This document shows, in pieces, positions 16,937 to 25,688 of a DNA stretch of 64,000 bases; position 1 is the stretch's first letter; each line of letters opens with the position of its first letter. A program made the translations under genes and the position numbers. This stretch comes from Deltaproteobacteria bacterium (GTDB lineage Bacteria > Desulfobacterota > Dissulfuribacteria > Dissulfuribacterales > UBA3076). The stretch is from assembly GCA_018399745.1 (NCBI GenBank), contig JAGYNZ010000005.1:23765-87764 (forward strand), written 5' to 3'. The notes beneath the pieces were generated by a model that saw only the letters and a list, made by a program, of their open reading frames with translations, did not search any database and was not told where the DNA came from.

Positions 16937-17260
16937 ATGAAAAAACCAGTAGCGATCCTTATTGCTTTTTTTGCCTTTACGGTCCTTATGAATACCTGGG
17001 CCATGGCCCATACTCCTCTCTGCTCATGCTCTGATGAAGGAGATGGAACCATTCTTTGTGAAGGGGTTTTTTCAGACGGATCTTCGGCTGCCGGGGTAGA
17101 GATACGGGTGCAGGATTCAGCAGGAAAGGTCCTGATAAAAGGCAGAATGAACGATGATAGCGAGTTTGCGTTCGATAAACCCAAAGGTCCCTATAAGGTG
17201 CAGTTTGATGCAGGACCGGGTCATCTGGTGGAAGTACCGAGCTCAGAAATTATGGAGTAG
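16937..17260 (+). CDS. Small periplasmic protein (signal peptide; mature HTPLCSC...FSDGS...FDAGPGH), metal-uptake associated
   Basis: RBS AAGGAGG; Sec signal ending AMA-H; FSDGS and DAGPGH motifs recall NikK/CbiL-like periplasmic partners of DUF4198. Confidence 0.7.
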   Translation: MKKPVAILIAFFAFTVLMNTWAMAHTPLCSCSDEGDGTILCEGVFSDGSSAAGVEIRVQDSAGKVLIKGRMNDDSEFAFDKPKGPYKVQFDAGPGHLVEVPSSEIME

Positions 17261-17390
17261 AGATTAAAGGTTCAATTTTCCTAAAGAAGATTTTTTAATA
17301 ATCTTCAGAAACCTTCAATCTGTGGACGGGATTAAAAAATAATTAATATAAATCAACCAGTTAAAAAGTAATTTGTAAGAGAGGTCGAAC

Positions 17391-18215
17391 ATGAAAAAAT
17401 CAGTGCTGGCATTGTCTCTGGCCATGGCCTTCGTATTGTACGTACCGGCCTATGGCCATTTTCAGATGATTTATTCGCCGGACAGCGTGCCAAAATCAAA
17501 AGCACTCAACCTGAAGCTCGTCTTTACCCATCCGTTTGAGGCAGGTCACACCATGGATATGGGAAAAGATGAAAGAGGGGAAATTCATCCCCCTATTGCC
17601 TTTGGTGAAATGAACAAGGGAAAGAAAAAGAATCTGCTTGATACGCTAAAACCCATTATCTTTAAAAGCCTTACCAACGAAGGCAAGGCCTACGAGGCCG
17701 ATATAAGACTCAAAGGAATAGGGGATCATATATTCTATTTTGTCCCTGCACCTTATTATGAAGGTTCGGAGGATATATATATTCAGCATTGCACAAAAGT
17801 CATATTCAATGTTGCCGGTGCCCCGACAGACTGGGATCAGCCGGTGGGTGATCCTTTGCCCGTGGAAATTGTCCCCCTGGATAAACCTTATGCACTCTGG
17901 GCAGGAAATGTCTTCCGCGGCATCGTAACATACCAAGGAAAGCCGGTTCCATATTCACAGATCGAGGTAGAGTACCTAAATCATGATGTGACAGGGAATG
18001 CCTTTGCTCAGGAGGCCAGGGTAGAAGCCCCCCACGATGCCCTGATTACCATGACTATAAAAGCGGATGCAAACGGTGAGTTTGTATTCGGTATTCCTAA
18101 AGCAGGTTGGTGGGGTTTTGCAGCGCTGGGAGCAGGCGGAGATCTTAAATACAATGGAAAGGAACTCTCTCAGGACGCAGTTATATGGGTACAGGCCCTT
18201 GATATAACCGAATAA
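17391..18215 (+). CDS. DUF4198 domain periplasmic protein (NikM-like)
   Basis: Signal peptide then HFQMIY, LVFTHPFEAGHTMDMG, PYYEGSEDIYIQH, EIVPLDKPY and GWWGFAAL. Confidence 0.8.
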   Translation: MKKSVLALSLAMAFVLYVPAYGHFQMIYSPDSVPKSKALNLKLVFTHPFEAGHTMDMGKDERGEIHPPIAFGEMNKGKKKNLLDTLKPIIFKSLTNEGKAYEADIRLKGIGDHIFYFVPAPYYEGSEDIYIQHCTKVIFNVAGAPTDWDQPVGDPLPVEIVPLDKPYALWAGNVFRGIVTYQGKPVPYSQIEVEYLNHDVTGNAFAQEARVEAPHDALITMTIKADANGEFVFGIPKAGWWGFAALGAGGDLKYNGKELSQDAVIWVQALDITE

Positions 18216-18240
18216 TAGATTGATTTACCGGACTTAATTT

Positions 18241-18323
18241 TGTCTTACGGGTTTCGACTCAGGGCGGAACAAGTGAAGGCGCAGCAAGGCTGAATAAAAA
18301 CAGGCCTGTTGCGCCTTTTATTT
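18241..18323 (+). promoter_or_regulatory. Candidate cis-regulatory RNA (antiterminator/terminator switch), copy B, upstream of porin gene
   Basis: TGTCTTACGG, then a hairpin (GTTTCG/CGGAAC), then AAGTGAAGGCGCAGC...GTTGCGCCTTTTATTT; homologous to 14075-14171. Confidence 0.65.
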
Positions 18324-18343
18324 GGACTAAAAACAAGGTGCAA

Positions 18344-18363
18344 TAATTATTTATGTCTAATAA
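18344..18363. promoter_or_regulatory. Third, imperfect DtxR-type operator
   Basis: TAATTAT-TTATGT-CTAATAA: one mismatch to TTAG-N6-CTAA; shares ATGTCTAAT with the box at 13712. Confidence 0.45.
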
Positions 18364-18422
18364 TTATTAGAAATTCAGGCATTTAAGATACAACAAAAAA
18401 TTATTGAAGGGAGAAAGGTATT

Positions 18423-19712
18423 ATGAATCGGAGGGTTTTATTATTGAGCTTGTTTATGGCGGGAATGGCAATAATTTCCTGGATTCCAGGTTCTTCTGCG
18501 GCCGAGGTTGGTCTTGAGCAGCAGGTACAGGAACTGATTAGGCAAAATCAGGCACTTACTGATCGACTGAAGCAGGTGGAACAGCAACTAAGCGAAATGA
18601 AAGCGAAGACTGTGCCTGCTGAGGTAGAACAGCGGGTTAGCCAGATAGAAGAAAAACTAGAGAAAAAGACACCTTCCACGGGCTTTTTGTCTGATCTGGA
18701 AAACCGCGTCACCTTCAACGGCCTGCTTGAATTTGGAGGTGCTTATCAGAGCGTTGACAGGAAAAGGGAAGGTCATAAACAGGACAGCGACATTTGCCTG
18801 ACTACCGCTCAAATCGGAATTTCAGCAGAAGTCAATGACTGGGTAAATGGGGGAATGGTGCTGCTGTATGAAGACGCCACCTTTGGAGAGGAAACAAGCG
18901 TGGACATTGATGAGGCATTTATCACTCTGGGGAATACGGAAAAATTCCCCTTCTTTTTCAAAGGCGGCAAGATGTACGTGCCTTATGGTGCACTCCTTGA
19001 GCATTTCCCTGATGATCCCCTTATTGATGACCCTATGACTCTCACCATGGGTGAGATATCAGAGAAGGCCGTATTAATCGGAGTTGAATATAAAGGTTTT
19101 GCTGTTTCAGGTTATGTCTTTAACGGTGACGTAGAAGAAGCCGGGGGTGATGGCGATAATGTTGTTGAAAGTTACGGTCTCGATGCCAACTATGCCTTTG
19201 AAGACGAGGATAGAGGTTTAGATTTTCTGGTCGGAGGATCGTATATCTCCAACGTGTTTGAGTCCGACGGGCTGACAGATGCACTGGACGGCCTCGGAGC
19301 TGACATTGCTGATTATGTCGGGGGTACTGCTGCCTATTTCCATGTTGGATATAAAGGCCTGTTTTTTGACGCTGAGTATATGGCGGCCTCTGATAATGCG
19401 GAGTTATGTATCGAGAGATCCTTCGATGTCTCTGACGTGGAAAAAGTGAAAAACATGGAAGTATGGAACGTTGAGGCTGGCTATAATTACAACTGGTGGC
19501 GAAATCTGGAGATCGCCCTTAAGTATGCAGGGTCCAATGATTGCGACTATTTTGGATTTCCAAGAGATCGTTATGGCATAAACTTTAATCAGGAAATTTT
19601 TGACAATACGATACTTTCCCTTGGTTACCTCTATGACGAATACGATAAATCTGATGTTGAAGACAGAGATTCACGGGACCTGTTTTTCAGTCAAATTGCC
19701 ATAGAATTTTAA
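18423..19712 (+). CDS. LbtU-family outer-membrane porin with N-terminal coiled coil
   Basis: Signal peptide, coiled coil, then FNGLLEF, EVNDWV...LLYED, DEAFITLG, GKMYVPYG, GGSYISN and AEYMAA; C-terminal Phe (QIAIEF). Confidence 0.78.
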   Translation: MNRRVLLLSLFMAGMAIISWIPGSSAAEVGLEQQVQELIRQNQALTDRLKQVEQQLSEMKAKTVPAEVEQRVSQIEEKLEKKTPSTGFLSDLENRVTFNGLLEFGGAYQSVDRKREGHKQDSDICLTTAQIGISAEVNDWVNGGMVLLYEDATFGEETSVDIDEAFITLGNTEKFPFFFKGGKMYVPYGALLEHFPDDPLIDDPMTLTMGEISEKAVLIGVEYKGFAVSGYVFNGDVEEAGGDGDNVVESYGLDANYAFEDEDRGLDFLVGGSYISNVFESDGLTDALDGLGADIADYVGGTAAYFHVGYKGLFFDAEYMAASDNAELCIERSFDVSDVEKVKNMEVWNVEAGYNYNWWRNLEIALKYAGSNDCDYFGFPRDRYGINFNQEIFDNTILSLGYLYDEYDKSDVEDRDSRDLFFSQIAIEF

Positions 19713-19731
19713 TTTTTTAACTTGATTAATT

Positions 19732-19775
19732 AAAAAGGTCCCGGAAAGATATTTTCGTCTTGCCGGGGCCTCTTT
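19732..19775 (+). terminator. Probable bidirectional intrinsic terminator between porin and hpt
   Basis: AAAAAGGTCCCGGAAAGA...TCTTGCCGGGGCCTCTTT hairpin flanked by A and T tracts between convergent genes. Confidence 0.6.
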
Positions 19776-19897
19776 CATAACTGAACTTATAAACATTTTT
19801 AAAGATTCAAAATTTTGAGCAGGTAAACAAAATTATTGATCTTTTACTGCAAAAATACTTTTTCTAAAAGCAAGCATTAATTTGGCAAGGTGCCAAC

Positions 19898-20461
19898 TCA
19901 TCTGTCCGAGGGCATGAATCCCTCTGGCTTATAAACTGGATTAAGGTGGTATACAGCTGGTAAATGACGATAATTCTCGTTAAAATCCAGTCCATAGCCC
20001 ACCAGAAACCCACTGGGTATATCGAACCCAACGTAATCCACTTCCACGGCTACTTTTCTCCGCTCTTTTTTGTCAATAAGACAACAGATCCTGACCGAAG
20101 CCGGGTTGTGTAACTTCAGTACCTCTTTCAGGTATTTGAGCGTGTAACCGGTATCTACTATATCTTCCACTACCAGGACATCAGTGTCCTTGATATCAAG
20201 CTCTATATCCTTGGTAATACTTATTCTGCCCGATGATTCCGCCTGTGAGCCGTAACTGGCCAGCCGAACAAAATCGATTCGCAGGGGATTTCGTATATTT
20301 CGGACAAGATCCGCCACGAAGATAAAGGCCCCGTTGAGGATTCCGACCAGCACCAGGGGACGCCCATGGTAGTCCCTGGAAATTTGCTCCCCCAGTTCAC
20401 ATACGCGCGTCTTAATAGTCTCAGATGACAAAACCTCCAGAAGTTGATCCTTATTGTCCAA
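19898..20461 (-). CDS. hpt: Hypoxanthine phosphoribosyltransferase
   Basis: VGILNGAFIFVADL, ASYG, VLVVEDIVDTGYTL and GFLVGYGLDFNENYRHLP; TTG start with AAGGAGG. Confidence 0.93.
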   Translation of the reverse strand: MDNKDQLLEVLSSETIKTRVCELGEQISRDYHGRPLVLVGILNGAFIFVADLVRNIRNPLRIDFVRLASYGSQAESSGRISITKDIELDIKDTDVLVVEDIVDTGYTLKYLKEVLKLHNPASVRICCLIDKKERRKVAVEVDYVGFDIPSGFLVGYGLDFNENYRHLPAVYHLNPVYKPEGFMPSDR

Positions 20462-20617
20462 AACTAACCTCCTTTATTCCGACCTTTAAACCCTGAACAG
20501 GTAGTGAACAATTGTCTCTATCTGTAGACCTGCTTGACAACCGATTTTTGTAAATTAACTTACATGCTGATTGTTTGCCAGTGTCGAGAGTTAAAAAGAA
20601 CGGAGGTCAAGTTTTAT

Positions 20618-20827
20618 ATGCCAATTTATGAATATAAATGTGAAAAGTGCAACAAGATTTTTGAAAGTTTCGTGCTTTCATCCAGAGATAAAGAGGGAAT
20701 CAGGTGTCCTGCGTGCGGATCCAATGATGTCAGGAAGATGCTGTCGAGCTTCAGCTCTGTTTCAGCAGGCCCGGTTTCCTGCAGTACCAGCAACACATCG
20801 AGTTGTGGCTCCTCCCGCTTTGGTTGA
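20618..20827 (+). CDS. FmdB-family zinc ribbon protein
   Basis: MPIYEYKCEKC..FE....CPACGS..VRKMLS; RBS GGAGG. Confidence 0.85.
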   Translation: MPIYEYKCEKCNKIFESFVLSSRDKEGIRCPACGSNDVRKMLSSFSSVSAGPVSCSTSNTSSCGSSRFG

Positions 20828-20979
20828 GCATGACATTTCCAGCCGTTGGCTGGTCAATTATGAATTATCGTGCAGGGCTTCTTGTAAATTCAAGTCATGT
20901 CTCTTACATTCTTTCAGTTGACCCTGATGCCTGATTCAAGGGAATCCATGCACATTAGATTTAGGAGAGCAGGCGTTTC

Positions 20980-21723
20980 ATGCTGAAGATAGAAGATCTC
21001 TGGGTAGAAGTGCAGGGCCGCGATATCCTCAAGGGGATCAATCTCAAAATAGGAACAGGTGAGACGCACTGCCTGTTTGGTAAAAACGGTTCGGGGAAAA
21101 CAACCTTGCTCATGACCTTAATGGGTTTTTCCGGTTATAGGGTCAAGCACGGTCATATACTCTTCAAAGGAGAGGATATCACGTATCTGCCGATAAATGA
21201 AAGGGCCAGGCGAGGACTTGGAGTGGCCTTTCAGCGCCCTCCGACCCTCAGAGGTGTACAGCTTAAGAACTTGCTGGCCCTGTACAGCAAGGAGACAGAT
21301 ATCGGCAGCCGGTTGGCCCTTGCCTATAATTTTGAGGATTTTCTGGAAAGGCAAGTGAATCTCGGTTTTTCCGGTGGTGAGATAAAAAAGTCTGAACTGC
21401 TCCAGCTTCTGGCCCAGAGTCCCGATCTGCTGCTTCTTGATGAGCCGGAATCCGGTGTGGATGTTGAGAATCTGGATGTAATATGTCAGATGATCCGCAA
21501 GCTGTTACAAAAAGACATACCCGCAAAGCGCCGAAAGTCCGGTCTCATAATTACCCATACAGGACTTATACTAAACTACGTAAATGCCGACAGGGGTCAT
21601 GTCATGCTGAACGGGCAGATATACTGCCATGGAAATCCTCTGGACATATTTGAGAGAATAAAAAATTATGGATATGAGGAATGCGCTAAATGCCGTCTAT
21701 TCGAACAAAGCCTTAAAATATGA
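20980..21723 (+). CDS. sufC: SufC-like ABC ATPase (SmsC)
   Basis: GKNGSGKTT, AFQRP, VNLGFSGGEIKKSELLQ, DEPESGVD and ITHTG; C-terminal ECAKC. Confidence 0.88.
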   Translation: MLKIEDLWVEVQGRDILKGINLKIGTGETHCLFGKNGSGKTTLLMTLMGFSGYRVKHGHILFKGEDITYLPINERARRGLGVAFQRPPTLRGVQLKNLLALYSKETDIGSRLALAYNFEDFLERQVNLGFSGGEIKKSELLQLLAQSPDLLLLDEPESGVDVENLDVICQMIRKLLQKDIPAKRRKSGLIITHTGLILNYVNADRGHVMLNGQIYCHGNPLDIFERIKNYGYEECAKCRLFEQSLKI

Positions 21724-22913
21724 GATATTCAGAAAACCATATTGGTAATAAGAACGTTAGTGATGAAGAACTGCTGAAGACCTTCAGCCCTGCTTCTGAG
21801 TCAAAGGGGCCAAAAGATACGGGGGAATTTGAAGAAGAGGAGCTTGAAAGACTCAAGCAGACCGGAATCGACCTCACCCATCCGAATAGAACAGGGACCT
21901 TTGTTCAGACAAATCACACGGTACAGAGGTGTGATTGTGAGTCATCGGGCATAGAGCTGCTGCCTGTCACAGCGGCCCTTAAAAAATACGATGGCCTCAA
22001 GGAATATTGGTGGAGACTTATATCGGCAGAGAAAGATTCTTTTACTCGGGAAGCTGACCAGGAACTCGATAACGGGTATTTCATTCGGGCCCTTCCCGGT
22101 GAGAAGGTAATCTATCCACTGCAGACCTGTCTTTATATCCGGGATGAAAATTTGGCCCAGCGCGTTCACAACATAGTTATAGCGGAAGAAGGTTCTGAAT
22201 TAAATATCATCACCGGGTGTTCCACCCATCCCCATCTGAGATCCGGACTGCACATAGGCATATCTGAATTTTATGTAAAGAAGGGGGCCAAATTAACGTT
22301 TACCATGATCCACAACTGGGGTGAAAATGTATACGTAAGGCCCCGTACGGGTATCAGGGTAGAAGAGGAAGGTGTCTTTCTCTCTAATTATATTTCCCTT
22401 AAGGGGGTAAAGTCTGTCCAGACCCTTCCAACAGCCACCCTGACAGGTCCGAATGCCGTGGCCCGCTTTAATTCCGTTATCGTGGCCCCTGAGGGCTCAG
22501 ATATAGACATCGGCGCCGAGGTCATACTTGAGGCCCCTGGAACCAGGTCCGAAGTGGTATCCCGGACCATATCTACCGGAGGACGCGTAGTTGCCCGGGG
22601 ACACCTTATCGGCCTTGCCCCTGATATTAAGGCACACCTTGAATGTCAGGGCCTGATATTGGCAGAACACGGCGTAATTCATGCCATACCGGAGCTGGAG
22701 GCCCATGTGGCGGGTGTAGATATGTCCCATGAAGCAGCTGTAGGGAGAATCGCCCAGGAGGAAATTGAATATCTTATGGCCCGAGGCCTTGATGAAGAAG
22801 AAGCGACATCTACCATAGTCCGAGGATTTCTGGACGTGAGGATCAACGGTCTTCCTCCGGAGCTGAATGAAGAGCTGCAGGAAGTTGTGGAAGAGTGCCA
22901 CAAGGGGATGTAG
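21720..22913 (+). CDS. sufB: SufB/D-like Fe-S scaffold (SmsB)
   Basis: QRVHNIVIAEEGSEL, GISEFYVKKGAKLTFTMIHNW, HLECQGL, AIPEL, SHEAAVGRIA and YLMARGL. Confidence 0.88.
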   Translation: MRYSENHIGNKNVSDEELLKTFSPASESKGPKDTGEFEEEELERLKQTGIDLTHPNRTGTFVQTNHTVQRCDCESSGIELLPVTAALKKYDGLKEYWWRLISAEKDSFTREADQELDNGYFIRALPGEKVIYPLQTCLYIRDENLAQRVHNIVIAEEGSELNIITGCSTHPHLRSGLHIGISEFYVKKGAKLTFTMIHNWGENVYVRPRTGIRVEEEGVFLSNYISLKGVKSVQTLPTATLTGPNAVARFNSVIVAPEGSDIDIGAEVILEAPGTRSEVVSRTISTGGRVVARGHLIGLAPDIKAHLECQGLILAEHGVIHAIPELEAHVAGVDMSHEAAVGRIAQEEIEYLMARGLDEEEATSTIVRGFLDVRINGLPPELNEELQEVVEECHKGM

Positions 22914-22949
22914 ATATCGAGTGTTCGGCTTGTTCAATGATATAAGTCA

Positions 22950-24614
22950 GTGATCGATGTGAAGATAGGTCTGGCACAATATAATCCTACAGTAGGTGCG
23001 TTTCAGAACAATGTCGTTCAGATGGCCGGACTTGCCTTAAAGGCCAGAGAGAAAGGGTGCGAGCTGGTCATATTCCCGGAGCTCGCAATATCTGGTTATC
23101 CACCGCTGGATCTGCTGGAACGCAGAGAATTCATACAGGAAAACCTGAGGGCTACGGATCGTCTGATGTCAGAGGTAAAGGGGATTGCCGTCCTGTATGG
23201 CTGCGTTTCACTGAATACAAAGGGGGGCGGAAAACCCATATACAATACAGCCGTCCTGTTTGAAGACGGAAAGGTCCTGGCCAGGGTCCACAAGAGGCTT
23301 CTTCCCAGCTACGATATCTTTGATGAGGCCAGGTATTTTGAGCCGGGGACCGAATGTGAGCCGGTAAACCTTAAGGGGCTCTCTCTTGGTATTACCATAT
23401 GCGAGGATATCTGGAATGACAGCGATGTATTCTCCGAACGCCACTACTCCGTGAACCCTGTGGCTGAGCTTGCAGAAAAAGGGGCTGATGTCTTCATCAC
23501 CATAAATTCGTCTCCATTTGATGTAGAAAAAGCCGCCTCTCGTTATCGTATCCTGAGCCGGCTTGCCGGCAAATATCACAGTCTGTTTTTATATATTAAC
23601 GCAGTCGGCGGGCAGGATTGTCTGATATTTGATGGCGGCAGTATGGCCGTTGATCTTACGGGAAAAATCATAGCTCAAACAAAGGACTTTGCCGAGGATC
23701 TGGTCACAGTAGATACAGACACCGGACAGGGTGAAAAGCACAAGGTCTCGTCCTCCAGGGAAGAGGCTGTGGTCAAGGCCCTCAGGCTGGGCCTGAAAGA
23801 CTATACAGGCAGATGCGGTTTCAGCAAGGTCATTCTGGGTCTGAGCGGCGGGATAGATTCTTCTGTAACCGCTGTGGTAGCTGCACAGGCCATCGGCCCT
23901 GCAAATGTTCTGGGAGTCATAATGCCTTCTCCTTATACATCAGAGGCAAGTATTGAGGACGCAGAGGCCCTGGCCCGAAAACTCGGGATACAGACGATTG
24001 TTATACCTATATCAGGTATCTTTGATTCATATCTTAAGACCCTCGAACCGTTTTTTAAAGGAAAAGGGCGGGATGTTACGGAAGAGAACATACAGGCCAG
24101 GATCAGGGGTAACCTGCTCATGGCCATATCAAACAAGTTCGGCCACCTGGTTCTCTCTACGGGCAACAAGTCGGAGCTTGCAGTCGGATACTGCACGCTC
24201 TATGGAGATCTGAGCGGGGGCTTTGCCCTTATCTCTGATTTGCCGAAGACCATGGTCTATAAAGTGGCTGTATATCTCAACTCGGAGAAGGAGATAATCC
24301 CCGGACGAGTGCTGACAAAGGCCCCTTCGGCGGAATTGAGGCCCGGGCAAAAGGACCAGGACTATCTTCCACCATATGACATTATGGATGCAATACTTGA
24401 AAAATACCTGGAACAGAACACCCCGCCTGACCGGATAATCGCAGAGGGTTTTCATTCGAATACCGTGTACAGAATAATACAAATGGTCGACCGCAGCGAG
24501 TATAAGCGTCAACAGGTCCCCATGGGTCCCAGGGTTACTACCAGGGCCTTTGGTTATGGCCGCAGATATCCGGTTTGCCATGGATACAGGAGACAGGCAG
24601 AAAATACAGGTTAG
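22950..24614 (+). CDS. nadE: Glutamine-dependent NAD+ synthetase
   Basis: Nitrilase-like domain (FPELAISGYPP, ITICEDIW) plus GLSGGIDS, ENIQARIRG, TGNKSE, GYCTLYGD and PSAELRPGQKD. Confidence 0.95.
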   Translation: MIDVKIGLAQYNPTVGAFQNNVVQMAGLALKAREKGCELVIFPELAISGYPPLDLLERREFIQENLRATDRLMSEVKGIAVLYGCVSLNTKGGGKPIYNTAVLFEDGKVLARVHKRLLPSYDIFDEARYFEPGTECEPVNLKGLSLGITICEDIWNDSDVFSERHYSVNPVAELAEKGADVFITINSSPFDVEKAASRYRILSRLAGKYHSLFLYINAVGGQDCLIFDGGSMAVDLTGKIIAQTKDFAEDLVTVDTDTGQGEKHKVSSSREEAVVKALRLGLKDYTGRCGFSKVILGLSGGIDSSVTAVVAAQAIGPANVLGVIMPSPYTSEASIEDAEALARKLGIQTIVIPISGIFDSYLKTLEPFFKGKGRDVTEENIQARIRGNLLMAISNKFGHLVLSTGNKSELAVGYCTLYGDLSGGFALISDLPKTMVYKVAVYLNSEKEIIPGRVLTKAPSAELRPGQKDQDYLPPYDIMDAILEKYLEQNTPPDRIIAEGFHSNTVYRIIQMVDRSEYKRQQVPMGPRVTTRAFGYGRRYPVCHGYRRQAENTG

Positions 24615-24623
24615 GGAATTGTT

Positions 24624-25688
24624 TTGGAAAAGGGAATTTTTATATCTGAAATCCGGCCTTCTGCCTCTGTGGAAGGGCTTTTCTGTGTCGCCTCCAAACG
24701 ATTGCTTGAGACAAGAAACGGAGAACCTTATCTGGCCATCACCCTTACTGACCGGACCGGGGAGATTGAAAGCCGGGTCTGGGAAGGGGCTAAACAGCTT
24801 GACACGGTATTTGGTCAAGGAGATTACGTCAGAATCAAGGGAGAGGCCCAGAAGTTCAGGGACATCACCCAGTTAAAGATCACTCGTCTGGAATCAGTAA
24901 GGGATAAAGGTATAGATCCAGGGCTCTTTCTCCCTGTTTCTCAGGCCGACAGCGACGAACTCTGGTCGGAATTCAGAAGGTATATCAAGGGAATCAGATG
25001 CAATGATTTCGCGTCTTTGTTAAATGGTATTTTCAAGGACCGGAAAATAAGCGAGGCGTTCAGGTTGGCACCAGCGGCAAAGAAGATGCACCATGCCTAT
25101 ATCGGCGGATTGCTTGAGCACAGCGTATCAGTGACAAGGCTGGCGGATTCCGTCTGCAAGCTGTATCCACAACTTGACCGGGATTTGCTGGTGTCGGCGG
25201 CCCTGATTCACGATATCGGGAAAATAGAAGAGTTCACCTTTTCCCGTCCCCCGATAGACTATTCCGACAAGGGCAGGCTCCTTGGGCATATTGTACTGGG
25301 CATCTCTATTGTTGACGGCTTTGTTGCAACACTGGGCATTAAGGAATCCTCCCAACAGATAGTCGCACTGAAGCACCTGATAATCAGTCATCATGGTCAG
25401 AAGGAGTTTGGTGCGCCTGTGCTTCCCATGATGGAGGAGGCTATAACACTGAATTATATAGATGATTTAGATGCCAAGCTTAACTATCTTGGAAAGCTTA
25501 AAAAAGATATTCCAGGGCCGACTCACGGCTGGACTGAATATCAAAGGCTCTTTGAGCGTTATTTTTACCTCCCGTGTGCGGAAGGAGTATCAGGGGATAA
25601 AGCCTGGAAAGAGGCGGCTCAGAATGCCGACGCAGAAGACCGGTTGAATACTCAGCCCAGCCTGTGGTCCAAGAAAAAAACAGTGTGA
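24624..25688 (+). CDS. OB-fold + HD-domain 3'-5' exoribonuclease (YhaM/Cbf1 family)
   Basis: PYLAITLTDRTGEI, PAAKKMHHAYIGGLLEHS, LIHDIGK, GHI, HLIISHHG and IDDLDAK. Confidence 0.88.
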   Translation: MEKGIFISEIRPSASVEGLFCVASKRLLETRNGEPYLAITLTDRTGEIESRVWEGAKQLDTVFGQGDYVRIKGEAQKFRDITQLKITRLESVRDKGIDPGLFLPVSQADSDELWSEFRRYIKGIRCNDFASLLNGIFKDRKISEAFRLAPAAKKMHHAYIGGLLEHSVSVTRLADSVCKLYPQLDRDLLVSAALIHDIGKIEEFTFSRPPIDYSDKGRLLGHIVLGISIVDGFVATLGIKESSQQIVALKHLIISHHGQKEFGAPVLPMMEEAITLNYIDDLDAKLNYLGKLKKDIPGPTHGWTEYQRLFERYFYLPCAEGVSGDKAWKEAAQNADAEDRLNTQPSLWSKKKTV

